Position numbers and translations under genes: made by a program. A DNA stretch of 64,000 bases, taken from NCBI RefSeq assembly GCF_001194135.2, contig NC_069004.1:15141983-15205982 (forward strand), given 5' to 3'. Below, one piece after another: positions 13,866-27,660 of the stretch (the first letter of the stretch is position 1; the number at the start of each line of letters is the position of its first letter). The notes under the pieces were generated by a model. That model did not search any database and had not been told where the DNA came from. It saw nothing but the letters and a program-made list of their open reading frames with translations. The DNA is from Octopus bimaculoides (Eukaryota).

Positions 13866-14080
13866 CTTTTAAGAACAGGAAGTCAACATGGCTATTTGGC
13901 AGCCTTAATCCCTTTCGTTAAATATTCCATAACATTATGGAGACATTGAGAATTATAGTAAAATAAGCAGACGTCAAGTTCGTTGCTTTTTTTTTTTTCA
14001 AACGTCGTGTCAAACACTTTCAATGGTTGAAAACTATATTTGCGCGCGCAGCTTGTCACAGCCGGGTGGTGGAGGCGGCT
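13866..14080 (-). promoter_or_regulatory. Putative POLQ promoter and non-coding first exon
   Basis: Minus-strand donor AAAAG|GTATTT at 13865; GCCATGTTG (YY1-like) next to ACTTCCT (ETS-like) at 13878-13892; local CpG-containing patch (GCGCGCGC at about 14042). Motif-based inference only. Confidence 0.4.
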
Positions 14081-17000
14081 TCACAGCTGGTTGTCAGACT
14101 TGCTAGAACTAACAACCAAATTATTATTTCTTTCTAATTATGCACTACTGTCTTAAAACAAGAAAGAGCACATTAGATAGTATGCATTTAGATACATATA
14201 TACACTAAGGTTGAAAAGTGAAAGAAAAAAAGTGGGACAGTCACGATTAGAATGTTTGTGATCATCGGTTTGTTCGGACAAGGTTGAGAACTCTTCCTGC
14301 TAGAAATAGCAGTCACATCTCGTTCGAATCACACATTATTGTCTTAAAACAGACAAATACATAGAAGATAACGTAATGCCTGATGTAAAAAGACAGTCAT
14401 GGACGGTATGCCTTTAATCATAGGTTTACTCGATTAGGACTGATCTGGGGTTAAATCTTTTAACTTTCACATGTTTCAGTCATTAGACTGCGGCCATGCT
14501 GGAGCACCGCCTTGAAGAATTTTTAGTACTTATTTTTTTCGTTAAGCCTGGTACTTATTATATCAAACCCTTTTGCCGAAGCGCTAGCAACGGGGGATGT
14601 AAACACACCAACACCGGTTGTCAAGCGGTGGCGGGGGACAAATACAGACACGAAAACACACACACATGCACACACTCACACATACATACATACATACATA
14701 CATACCTATACATGGATCTTTTCAATCTGACCGACAGATTTTTTAATTAATTTTTTTTAACTAAACACTTTGAAACTTCAGATACTGGTTAAAATGTGTC
14801 ACATAGAACACGGTTTACTCTTAACGTTGTTGACAAAATTTTGTCTTGTCACCCAGTTTCATACTAAAGGAAGTAAGGTAAGCTTTCTTCACAAAATCTG
14901 TGATTTTATTTCACTGCCTAATCCAGAAATAAGCAGAAGACATCGGGGCTATTTTTACATTCTCTTCTCTCACAACTGGCTATATTTCTGAAACACAAAA
15001 CATATTCAAGCCAGTTGTCACCTTGGAAAAGCGTTTTCAGAATAGTCAACAGCTATTAAGCAAGCAAATGCAGATTTCTGATGACAAAGTTCCATAAAGT
15101 CACACTTACCAGTCACACTTAATTAAGCAGAGCGTGCACATATCTGCAGATAAATTCTGCAAATATGAGACATGTATGGTGTCAAGGACCAAAAAATATG
15201 TTCTTTCTCAACATCTAATTGTATAAAGGACATTTCTATCATCATCATGACGTTTGAAACTGGTCAGGTTGAAAATAGTGAAAGTTGCTCAATTTAATGC
15301 TTATCATTTACTGAAGGTACTTAAATTATGACTTTTGTTTTCACTTTTGTAGATGCATTCACTTTAAATGACATTGAAAAACTATATTTTCAAAGTTAAG
15401 TCATGCTCCATACATGGGTTCGCATTTGATGAAGTCAAATCTATCCTTAGAAATGGTGACAATACTAGGAATGTTGAGAAATGGACATCTAAGTTTGTGG
15501 AAAATCTTAACGTGATATATTTGTTAGTAGAAGGTATCATTGCAAATATTTAGGCAAACTTTATATTTCCAGAAGAAGTATAGAAATATTAAAAATGCTA
15601 TCTTGCAGCAAGATAACTATGTTGCAGTGAGTAAAAATTAGTTTTGTGATTGAATCATTTGTTGAAATTTCTAATAATAAAAGAACCTTGTAAAACACAT
15701 TTTGATTTTTTTTTAAATATATTAAAATTGGAATTTATAAAAATTTTCTAGACAGTGTAAATTTTAATAATTTTTTCTTTTAGTACTTCAAATTAGTTAA
15801 TAAGCAGCTTTCTTTATTATAGTATAGATGCTAGGAAAATATGGTAAGTGGTGTTAATGAGTCTAGTCTGCATAGCCTGTGTATCAAATTTGAATGCATA
15901 TGAAAAGTGAAGTAATGCAGTGTGAACTGTCACCAGTTGCAACATGCAACAGACACAGTATTGGGAATGAGAGCTTCTGGTTGACACTGATCTGGAAATA
16001 ATCGCTGAATATACAGATACAAGGGTACATGTGTGGTCTTGAATATATGCATGCATATGTGTTGCAACATTGTTTAAGCCAGAGGAAAATGCAGAGAAAG
16101 TTGTGTGCCTGAAGAAAAAACATTCGTGTGAAATACAGGTAGGAAAAAATCAGAAAAAGGCAAGAAGAAAATGTGATGTGAAAACAAAAGTAGGGAGAAA
16201 GACACTATAGATGCTTGCTTTCACATGAATTGAACAACATTGGTTGTATGCGAGTCTGCAGATCATGAATGAAGGTGGATTGCAAGCAGTTGAACAATGC
16301 TATCTTGCAATATTTATATATATGTTACCAAATAGTCAACATAGAAAAGAATGTACAAAAAAGGCAAAGAGAAAATTTTGATATTCATGTTGCTGTATGT
16401 AAAGAACAGTATTTATGTTAAAAAAAAGTGCATGCATGCAAACAAAGCAATAATAATAATAATAATAATAATTGATAAATAAAAAGCAAGCAGTCAAGGT
16501 TTGATTCTCTGTAGAGGAATGCTTGCCACTTTTTAATAGCAGTGCCCCAGCATGGCCACAGCTCTTGAGTTAAAACTAGTAAAGAAAACAAAACAAAACA
16601 AAAAAGGAAAAAAGGCAAGCAATGCAAAAAAAAACAAAATAAAAACAACTTGTCCATATACAAAATGTCATCAAGAATTGGTGCTGAAATGGAAAATTTT
16701 AAGGATAGGACACAAAAAGTTTATGAAGAATCTATGGTGTCCACATAAACAATTGTCTGATTCTGTAGTTGTGGACATGAGATGCAGGTTGTGTGCTGCT
16801 TTCAAGTCATTTTCTAGGCTAGGCTTTCATATATTCAGCATTGCCTTTCCATTAACTTTATGGATGAATTAAAAGCTATCTTAGCCTAGAACTAAACTTA
16901 AATGGATGTTTCTTGAATCAGCAATATTATCTAACATCAACTGACTACTTCAAGCCATGAAGAATTCATTAAGCATTTATAACAAAAAAGTTCAGTTATT

Positions 17001-17499
17001 TTCAATCAAAATTCAGCAAATTCTTTTTGTGATGGCCCACTTTTTTCTCATTTTTACATTTACCTATAGCTCATTCATATATTATGTATATGCAAGGATA
17101 AAAATATCCTTGCATATCCCCCACATCCATTACTGGCAATGTTTATGTGAGCAAAAATCAAACAGATCATTGCATGGAGGCGATGACAAATAACCAAGAC
17201 TTTTGGTGATTTGCAGTGCTTGAGAAGATATGTCAAGCTATGTGAAATCATAGTTGTGACCAGTGCTGGTGACACATAAAAAGCACCCATGCCAGTGACT
17301 CATAATAGATATCCAGTACATTCTGTGGAGTGGTTGGTGTTAGGAAAGGCATCCAGGTGTAAAAGCCAAGCCAAATCAGACTGGAGCCTGGTGCAACTCT
17401 CCGGCTTACCAATTCCAGTCAAACTGTCTAACCCATGCTAGCATAGAAAAACAGATGCTAAATGAGGTTGATGATGATGGTGATTACATAGACTACTGA

Positions 17500-18310
17500 T
17501 AACCTATCAACTACTCAATGGACCACAAGTACATAGAATTTGAAGAACATTTAGAGGTGTAAGTCCTTCAGAGAACACTTCAGTGGCCTAATTGTGTACC
17601 ACAACCTAATAGTTACCAACACTGATTGAGCTCATTCTGCACAATAATTTTTCTTTACATCTCTTTGACATTTGCTGAGATGGTCCTTTCTGGTTTTAAA
17701 ACAGAATTTGTAAACTAGTACATTCTGTCATAATCCTTGGGTGCCCTTCTAAAAACTCTTCTTATTAAGAGCACAAGTTTAGTGCCAATTACCTGGTTAC
17801 CAATGATGCAGAAGAAAGCTAGAGTTTCAACTGATTGGTCAGCACTTTTCAACTGTTTACATTTGGTCAGACTCAACAGGTTCATGATTGTGTCGCTCCA
17901 GACTATGAATTAAAGCTAAACCAAGAATACCTCCATGTGTCCTTGAACATATGAATTATCTCCTATTTCATTAATATACGAATAGCATTTAATAGTCATA
18001 TCACAAAATAGTACTAAGTTTAAAGATCTTTCTTACATCATCACCAACATCTACACGTTAATACAATAGCACCTTTATACCTACCTGCATTGTTATGCTC
18101 CAGACTATGGAATGAAATTCAAGATATAAAATTTAGATTGCTCATAGGACAACTTATGGATAAAATATGGAACCAAATTTAAAACAAACTATTTGAGATA
18201 TGACATTTATAACAACTAAAGTAAAAAAATATTCCAAGATACCTCATTACAGTTGTTTAAAAAATTCAGCGACTGATTGACGCAATGATGTATATTATGC
18301 AAACAGGTAC
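17500..18310 (+). mobile_element. Highly decayed retroelement, possibly Penelope-like
   Basis: Coding-like composition broken by many stops, ending in a CTGA-TGA...AAAC motif; weak. Confidence 0.3.
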
Positions 18311-20827
18311 ACAAATCTTTGAAACAGTCATAAAGAACTATCTTGGCGTATTATTGCTATCTTTATGGTTATGTTTAGGTAACATCTTTTGTTAACAATA
18401 TAACACTGTATATACGTGTTTGTCCCTCTTTTCTCTTTTCATTACATCCTCGAGCTATACTATTCTTATTGCCAACTGTTGTACTGTGGAATTATTTTTG
18501 GTCTGATTAGGGAGTTGGATTTTGAGAGTTTTTGACCTTTCCAAGAATTAATTTAATGTTCATCTATTGTACACTTATACTAGCATCTTCTCACTCTTTT
18601 GTTAAAACAAAATAATTCTTTAACAAAATAATTCTAAATATCCATTTCGAAGATATCATACTTACTATTCTCAGTGAAATCAATGAGATTCATGGATTCA
18701 CTACTCTACAGCATACACAATGTAATTTAAACTTCAATAATTTGAAAGAATTTCAGAATCGATTGCTTAAATGGCTGGTCTAAGGGAGATAATCAACAAA
18801 GTTATGCCCCTTAGAAACATCGCTTGCACACGTGCTTCCCAAACATTTTTTATTCATAAACTCCTTTGATTCCTATTTTACTCAAATGGACCCTCTCAGT
18901 CATTCGATGTTTAAAAAAAATCATAGTGTAGTTTTATAATTAAATATTAGGAATTTTATTTTTTTTAAATTGTTAAAATATCTTGAGTATTTTAGAAGTA
19001 TAAGCAATTTATTGCAGATAAATTTTAACAAAATCTTATATGGACCCTGGTTGAGAACCATTGGTCTACACTCGTACACAGCTGGAAGTTCACATTACAC
19101 TGTCATACGAAGTAAAGAGAGAATTCTGGTGTCCATCTAATGTCACTATAAAGAAAATGCTTTCCTATGGACATGAAATTGTAGAGGTAAAGTCTCAATC
19201 TATTATCAGACTGCTTTTCATTCCACTACATCTGTTTACCTACAGATCATACAGGTCGTACTGTATGGAGTTTCAACCTTTATTTTTCTACGGACTGAGC
19301 ATGGCCATTTCCTCTGATGATATCAGAGTCCTGTCTCCTTTCCTTCTTATAAAAATTTTAATCTCCACTAAGTTTACTCTGAGCCCTCTTCATTCAAGGT
19401 TTTGTTTCCCTAAATCAGTGGTTCTCGACCATTTTTTTACCTATGGACCTCTTTGTTTGCTATTTTATTCTGGTGAACCCCTTAGCCATTCAATGTTTAA
19501 AACCTAATTTTACAGATACTTTTTCTCAAAATTCCTATTGTGCTATTCACTCTTTCACTTGTATAGGTTGAATTATGTAAAATGTTAGAGAAAGAAACCA
19601 AGCTATTTCTTTGCAATACACACATTTAAATCAAAACTTTTCATGGATCCTTAAAATAACACTGTGAATCCCCAATTTACTAGTTTGGCAGCATGGACCC
19701 TCAGGGGTCATATGGATCCTGGTTGAGAACAACAGCTCTAAATCTTCCAGTCTCTTCAGTAAGAATTCGGTTATCAGCACGTATATGAGACATTTTGGCC
19801 CTGCCCTTTGACATCACTGATTCAATGCTGATTTACTTGACATTATATATTTTTTTCTTGAGACCTTTTGGCACCATGAAAATTTAGTTCTTATTCTAGT
19901 TGATCACAGACTTTCTCTCTCTCATTTTTATTTATGCACATGCATTTTCCTTATGTGTATATTAAGAGGGGACATATTTGTAGCAATTCAGGGTCATTTA
20001 ATACAATTCAACATTTTTCTCTCTTCCTCTCTGTTTATGTGTGTGTGTGAGCATCCCATATAAAAAGCATTGGTGTGGGAGCTGGTGCCACATAAAAAGC
20101 AGTGGTGCTGATACCACATAAAAAGCAGCCAGTACGCTTTGTAAAGAGGTTGGTATTAGGAAGGGCATCTAGCTGTAGAAACCAAGCCAAAACAGACTAT
20201 GGAACCAGGTATGGCCCCTGGCCTTGCCAGTTCCTGTTAAGCCATTGAACCCATACTAACATGGATAGCAGATGTTAATTGTTGATGATGATGATGTATG
20301 AAAAAAGGGGTAAGTATTTATGTCAACTGGATTCCATTAATAAACAGTAACCTCTCTCACTCACTCTATCTGTATGTATATATTTATGCATTTGTGTATG
20401 TGTACCCCCCCCCCCCCGTCACCAAAAAAGGAAAAACAAATCGTCAAAGCAAGTTCACTGTTGGTCAGCCATACCAAATTATTAGTGTTCAAACAGCCAC
20501 ACCTAATCATCTCATTCCGCCTCAGCACATAGGAGCTCCCACTGGCAACCAGTCTTAAATCCCACTGTTATGGCTTGGAAGACAATAATAGCTATGAGGA
20601 GCTATGAACAGTGCTTTGGAAGACATTTACTTACACTCCAAATTTGCTTGCTCAACGCCTTTGTAGGTGCAGGCATGGCTGCGTAGTAAAGAAGTTTGCT
20701 ACCCAACCATATGGTTTCGTGTTCAGTCCTACTACGTGGCACCTTGGGCAAGTTTCTACTAATATAGCCCCAGATTAAACAAAACCTTGGGAGTGAATTT
20801 AGTAGGTAGAAACTAGAAGAAGCCTGT

Positions 20828-20875
<48 letters not shown>

Positions 20876-22349
20876 TATCATCATCATCATCATCATCATC
20901 GTTTAACGTCCGCTTTCCATGCTAGCATGGGTTGGACGATTTGACTGAGGACTGGTGCAACCAGGCTCCAATCTAATTTGGCAGAGTTTCTACAGCTGGA
21001 TGCCCTTCCTAACGCCAACCACTCAGAGAGTGTAGTGGGTGCTTTTACGTGTCACCCGCTATGTGTATATATATATATATACATACATATGTATGTAATC
21101 ATCATCATTTTAATGTCCACTTTTCTAAGTTTGCATAGGTCAGATGGAGTTTATTGAGACAGTTACAGGGACATAATTGCACCAACACTGGATCTCAAGC
21201 AGTGGTGGGGGACAAACACAGACACACATATGTGACAGGCTTCTTTCAGTTTCAATGTACCAAATCCACCCGCAAGGCTTTGGTTGGTCAAGGCTGTAAT
21301 AGAAGACGCTTGCCCAAGGTGTCACACAGTAGAACACAACCCAGAACCATGTGGTTGGGAAGCGAACTTTTTACCACACAGCCATGCTTGTACCTAGATA
21401 AAGTGTTAATGTGGATTTTAAAATTTATGAAAGAGGATAATTAAAATCACAAGCACCTCTTTCATGTGCACACTCTTCTCATACTCCTTATAATCACTGT
21501 TAAACACTGTTTAAATGTAAACACATATTTAGTGTTTCAATCCTGAGTCAATCACCTTGTCAAATTTAATTTATAGTTAACTCTATTCTCAATTTTTATC
21601 TTCATCATCATTTAAAATCTGTTTTCCATGCTAGCATGGGTTAGACAGTTTGACCGGAGCTGGTGAATCAGAAAGCTGCACCAGGCTACAGATGTCTGTT
21701 TTGACAAGGTTTCAGCAGCTGGATGCCCTTTCTAATCCCAACAACTTTACAGAATGTACCAGGTGTCTTTTACGTGTCGCCAGTAACAGGTGCTCTTTTA
21801 CATGTCACCAGCACAGGTGCCTTTTCTGTGTCAATAATTCTCTACAAAGGAGTTTTTTCTATGTAAAATTATATGAAACATTAAATTATAACTTATAGCA
21901 CAAGGAGGTAACAAGTACGTTGGTAAGAAACATAATCCATCAGCTCCCTCCATCAATTCCAGTCAACAACCAACTTTACATTCATTTCTCACCATTTTCT
22001 TCTTTCTCCAATCTTTGATGTTACTCAACCACCCTCATTGTGGGTTTTTCTATACCTGTTTTAATTGGGGTTTATCCATCCATGACTATATTCGCTAGAG
22101 GCACAGTTTCATGTTATATGACTGAGCCACTTATTATCAGCACCAAATTTAGACAGAAAAGACAAACAGATACAAAGTTTTATTAAAAAAAAAAAATTAC
22201 AAAAAAAAAGAACATTCAAATATTTAAGAAGCAATCATCAGGTCCCAACCTTTGATAGTAGCAGCTGGCCATTTATTTCGGTGTTCTTAAAATCCCTGGT
22301 GAAAGATGCTCAGTAATTCAATATTTTTACTAATTATAAGGCATAGAAT

Positions 22350-24510
22350 TGGCAGAATCATTAGCATGCTGGGGAAAATGCTTTGTGGTATTTCATGTCT
22401 TTATGTTAAGAAGGTGCATGCAAAATTCAGCCAAGGTTGACTTTGCCTTTCATCAATTCAGGGTCAATAAAATAAGTACTAATCGAGTACTGAGGTTCAA
22501 TGTAATCAACTTACCGATGACCCCGAAATTGCTGGCCTTGTGCCAAAATTTTAAATCAATATTTTTACTAATTATGTTCCATATTTGACCATGAGTAAGA
22601 GTGTGTGGCAGCAGCTTAACTTTTGAGAAACTGAAAAGGAAAGGAGGTGGCAGTCATTATTGGAGAGGAGGGAGGAGGAGCCGAGGATTGTTAATGTAAA
22701 AAGATAATGGTTAGAATATGTAAGACTGTTTTTATTAAATAAAAACAATAGTTTTCGAGAAGGTTTCAATATATTAGGTTTATATATTTAAGAAAACAGA
22801 AAAGTAAAAAGAAAAAAAAATATAAGAGGCAGCAGCAGGCAGTAGCATGACCATTCCTTGAAGTTCTGGAAATGAGTAGTGGAAGGATCTTGCAGATGGT
22901 GTTCAGTGTGGAGAAAAGCCAGGCATGTCTCATTCAACAGGAATAACAAGAGAATTTTGATCTTGTGGGTCGCTTGTGTTGGCAACTGTACAATACTGCT
23001 CTGGTAAACAGAACAGATCATTTATCAGCATCTAGCAACAACAATGGCAACAACTACAACAGCTACAACAACAATGGTTACAACAGCAGCAAGAACAACA
23101 ATGCAATGGCAATTCTGCAACAATTATGAATAATTCATTAAATTCATTGAGGGAAATTTTTTTTCTAATGATTTAAAACGATTAAAAGAAAAGTACGTGT
23201 AACTTACGTGAGGCAATTAATAAATCATAAAATGAGACAACTAGTGTTGCTGTTGTTGATCAAGCATACCTATCTATAATCAATGGCAGTTCAATCAGGA
23301 CCAGCCTCTCTTTTCCCCAGGCACAGAATACTAAAGTCTGCATTTTCCAATGTGTTCTTTTCTAACATTATAAGTTGCCCTTCATCCTTTCAGGGTCAAT
23401 AAATTAAGTACCAGTTGAAGACTGGAGTTGATGTGATTGACTTTCTCCTCCCCTAAAATTTCAGGTTTTGTGTCTATAGTAGAAAGGATTATTATTATTA
23501 TTATTATTATTATTATGATGAAAGCAGTGAACCGGCAGAATCGTTAGCATGCCAGGCAAAATGTTTAGCAGTATTTCATCTGCCGCTATGTTTTAAATCC
23601 AACTTCTGGCAATGTCAACTTTGCCTTCCATCCTTTTGGGGTCAGTAAAACAAGTACCACTTGTGGCAAAATTTGAAACCATTATTACCTCTGCCTTAGC
23701 GAAGGCAGAGGTATTGTTTTCAGTCATGTTTGTTAGTTTGTTTGTTTGTTAGTCCGTTGACAAGATATCTCTAGGACTGCTGGAATGATTTGGATGAAAC
23801 TTTCAGGGATGTTTGGCACGAACTGATTAGATTTTGAGATCAATCCAGTACCGGACAAGAATTCTGAATTATTTTTCGTTTTTTTACTTAATTTTTGAGA
23901 GCGGTCAGATTCATTTTTAGTATTCTTGTTTGTGAGAGCAATTTAGTTTATTTCAGATATACTCACTTTAAAAATCATCTCTGGCTAATCGTTGAGAGGA
24001 CATTGGTGTTGCCTTGGCGGAAGATTGCACTCTCTGAGTGCTCTTGTTATTATCATTATGGCCAGGCAAGCTGGCAGAACTGTTAGCATGCCAGGCAAAA
24101 TGCTTAGTGGCATTTCATTCATCTGCATATTCTGAGTTCAAATTCCACCAAGGTCGACTTTGCCTTTCATCCTTTCAGAGTCAATAAATTAAATACCAGT
24201 AAAATACTGAGGTTGATGTAATCGACTAGTCCCCTCCCCCAAAAACTTCAGGCCTCGTACCTTTAGTAGAAAGGATAATTATTATTATTATTATGGCTGG
24301 GTCATCTGGCAGAAATGTTAGTATTCTGGGCAAAATGTTAAGCGGCATTTTGTCCAACTGCACATTCTGAGTTCAAATTCAGTCAATGTTAATTTTGCCT
24401 TTCATCCTTTTGGGGTTGATAAAAGAAGTACTGGGGTCAATGTAATCGACTTACCCCTTCCTCCAAAATTGCTGGCCTTGTGCCAACATTTAAAACCATT
24501 ATTATTATGG
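22350..24510 (+). mobile_element. Cluster of at least five Nin-domain-like tRNA SINEs
   Basis: Repeated GGCAGAATCGTTAGCA...GAGTTCAAATTC...CTTTCATCCTTT-GGGGTC-ATAAAATAAGTACCAG units separated by (ATT)n. Further copies at 8770-9240, 55225-55440, 57390-57530, 58910-59045 and 59585-60115 (minus) and 46200-46335 (plus). Confidence 0.8.
23682..24048 (+). mobile_element. DINE-1/HINE-like (Helentron-associated) non-autonomous element
   Basis: 5' palindrome TACCTCTGCCTT-AGCG-AAGGCAGAGGTA, (GTTT)n microsatellite, 3' CCTTGGCGGA and short hairpin GCACTC-TCT-GAGTGC. A 5'-truncated copy lies at about 54610-54847. Confidence 0.75.
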
Positions 24511-26113
24511 CTGGGTTCCAACCTGGGCCACAGCAACAAAGTCCATCTGCCAAATTTCTCGGTCCATCATCACTGCCTCATGATCCTTGGAACATTCCAG
24601 GCCAGTATCTGTGATCAAGTTGTTGATGTGTGACGATTTTCCTCCTCTTGCATCACTATGAAGTGGGTTCAGGGTAGTACACACACTGACTAGATGATAG
24701 CAGCCATCTTTGCCTGACCTTCTAATATGATAAAGTTGTGACTGTGGGAGACTTGGTTGCTATTTGATGCAGGCCAAGCAAGCATACACAGATTCCGTAT
24801 ATAGACACAATTGTCAGAAGGTGTTTACATGATGTAATTGTATGACAGTTGTATGTTGGTTGCATGAGACAGCTAGACTAAAGAAAGGAAAAAATTGACT
24901 GTCGAGAGCTGGAAACATTCCATGCAGCCTTTTATCCTTCAACGTTTTCACTCCTTATATAATATTTTGTCTATCCAAACAACTGGTTGTTTATTTGTTT
25001 AACAATTTCTGTCTATCAGTCTATCTCCTTCAATTTAAACGGAGTTGATGTAGATAGGCTTTATGAGCATACTACAACTTTATAACTCTTGGAAACGCTT
25101 AAATACTAAAAGACTGTGTCACAACTGGATTCTGTGGGAGAGATTTTTGAGCATTAATGAGAGAGAGAGGGATAAAGGCAAAATGAGATAATGAAATAGT
25201 TTGGAAGCATAGGAAGAAGTTGTTGTGAAAGAAATTGAAGTGATTATAGTAAATGTAGTAAAACAAAAGGGAATAGAAGAACAACAGAATGGCTGAATGT
25301 TTAGTTAGGAGAATTGCTGGTTATATTAGTTCACAGAATATTTTCATAGAAACACTGAACTGTTTGCCAAAAACAATTCAGATAGTAAAACTGAGCAGAG
25401 CCTCAAATAGTTTCCTGCGCAGTCTCAAAGACTAACAGCCCTTATTGGAGACAATTTCTCTGTAACTACACAACATCTTCAATATAGTAGCCAAATTCCT
25501 TTTAATAAACACTTTTTATTTTTTTATAAAGATGAAGTATAATACAATTTTAGTTCAAAATTTTTGGCAATGTATTTATAACAAAATACAACCCCAATTT
25601 GGAAACAGCATATCCAACATAATAAGGGTAAAAAGTAAAGACCCCCTTCAGTCATGAATGATCATGGGGTTGCACCTAGAGAGATACCCTCTGAGGCACA
25701 AGTCCGGGCAAAGTTGTTTATGGAAAACCAGCAGTTGCCCATGCATACCAACCTGCCCTCTCCACACTGATGTTATCCAAAGGAAAGGCAAAGGCTGATA
25801 CAGTTTGGCACCAGTGATGTCGCCAACTCATTTCTACAGATGAGTGAACTGGAGCAATGTGAAATAAAGTGTCTTGCTGAAGAACACAACGCACAGCCTG
25901 GTCTAGGAATCGAACTCACTACCTCATGATTGTGAGCCAAGCACTCTAACCACTGAGCCATATTCCTTCACTTCCACCATAAAGATGACAAAACAGTCAC
26001 AGATTGGACATAACCATTATGCTTTGTGTTATAGAAACTCAAGCAGGGCTGACAAACTCAACAACAGCAACAGTTATTACATTCACAAACATTTATAGTC
26101 AAAAGATTATTAA

Positions 26114-26331
26114 CCCTTTAGCATTTAAACTAGCCAAATCAGGCTCAAATATTCTACTGTCTTATGTTCAAACTGGCAAGATCTGGCCTCTCACACCAAT
26201 CCTATAATGTCATTCTAAAACAAACAATTACATCATCGAAATCTTGAAGCTACAAGATAATGCATGAGTAACTCAAAACAATATTAATAAATAAGCATCA
26301 TATCTGACAGAGTAATATGAATGCTAAAGGG
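26114..26331. mobile_element. piggyBac-type MITE
   Basis: TTAA|CCCTTTAGCATT ... AATGCTAAAGGG|TTAA. An interrupted relative spans 4433-5172; fragments near 54900-54995 and 57540-57600. Confidence 0.9.
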
Positions 26332-27511
26332 TTAAATTCTGCACAAATATTCAACAGTTGAAGCTATCATGAAGTTAATACTACAAAAAGAAAAAAGAAA
26401 AAAAAGACTTTGGTATATAACCCACCAAGAGTATATAAACCTACCAAGAATACAAACACCATAGTAGACATCCATCAGGGGAATCCATTTGGAATACAGC
26501 AACCCAGTACATACATTGATATGGAGACAAAAAAAAGTTAACACTTCAATAATGAACAAAAAATTAAAGCACTCAGCAAAACAAAGCCTTATTTATTTAA
26601 GGAACTTTTATTTTCAATATTTGATATAGATGCAATGGAGGTTACCTAGAAAAGGTGGAGAAAGTGTTGAGGCACAGGGAGAACAAAACAGACTCTCTAA
26701 GGAGAAGAAATGGATCAAACTAGAAGGTAAGCATGTTGAAACACGTAGATTCTGTGAAAGGCTGACAACCAGATTCCAATGCTCTGGGTTAGCAAGCTGA
26801 AGCAAGAATAGAAAGAATGGAACAGATGGGGGGAAAAGATGAGATCGAGGGAAAAAAACAAACAAGGAAACTGCAGTATATTGGTGCAAAATTTTGGTGC
26901 AGCATTGTTGAGCAGCAGACTTCTTTAAATTGTTCAAGAATTATCTGTCAAACCCTTGTTGGTTTCTTCTACAGTTATGCTGTTTCTCGCTAGAAAAATC
27001 ATAGGCAGTTGTGTATGTAACTCACATGAAGCGCAATGAGGCAGACTACACAATTCAATCACCAACATCTGCGACAACATTTTCACACAGCATCAAATGG
27101 AAGAGAGCAAAAGTACCATGCCAGAAAAAAAAAAAAAAAAAAAANNNNNNNNNNNNNNNNNNNNNNNNNNNNNNNNNNNNNNNNNNNNNNNNNNNNNNNN
27201 NNNNNNNNNNNNNNNNNNNNNNNNNNNNNNNNNNNNNNNNNNNNNNNNNNNNNNNNNNNNNNNNNNNNNNNNNNNNNNNNNNNNNNNNNNNNNNNNNNNN
27301 NNNNNNNNNNNNNNNNNNNNNNNNNNNNNNNNNNNNNNNNNNNNNNNNNNNNNNNNNNNNNNNNNNNNNNNNNNNNNNNNNNNNNNNNNNNNNNNNNNNN
27401 NNNNNNNNNNNNNNNNNNNNNNNNNNNNNNNNNNNNNNNNNNNNNNNNNNNNNNNNNNNNNNNNNNNNNNNNNNNNNNNNNNNNNNNNNNNNNNNNNNNN
27501 NNNNNNNNNNN

Positions 27512-27660
27512 ATTACTATACAAGAATGCCTCATGCTAAGAGGGACTCTAAGGTCAAACTACTATAATAAACACATTACATTTTTATCAGTAAAATTGTG
27601 TTTATTATGGTAGTCTGACCTTAGAGTCCCTCTTAGCATGAGGCATTCTTGTATAGTAAT
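27512..27660. repeat. Near-perfect foldback (63-bp arms)
   Basis: Arms differ at 2 positions; 23-nt spacer; the left arm abuts an assembly gap. Confidence 0.92.

Noticed and set aside
22820-23120. (CAA/CAG)-rich stretch as a polyQ/N coding exon
   Set aside because: Stops occur in the frames examined, there are no convincing splice sites, and it reads as a decayed trinucleotide repeat.
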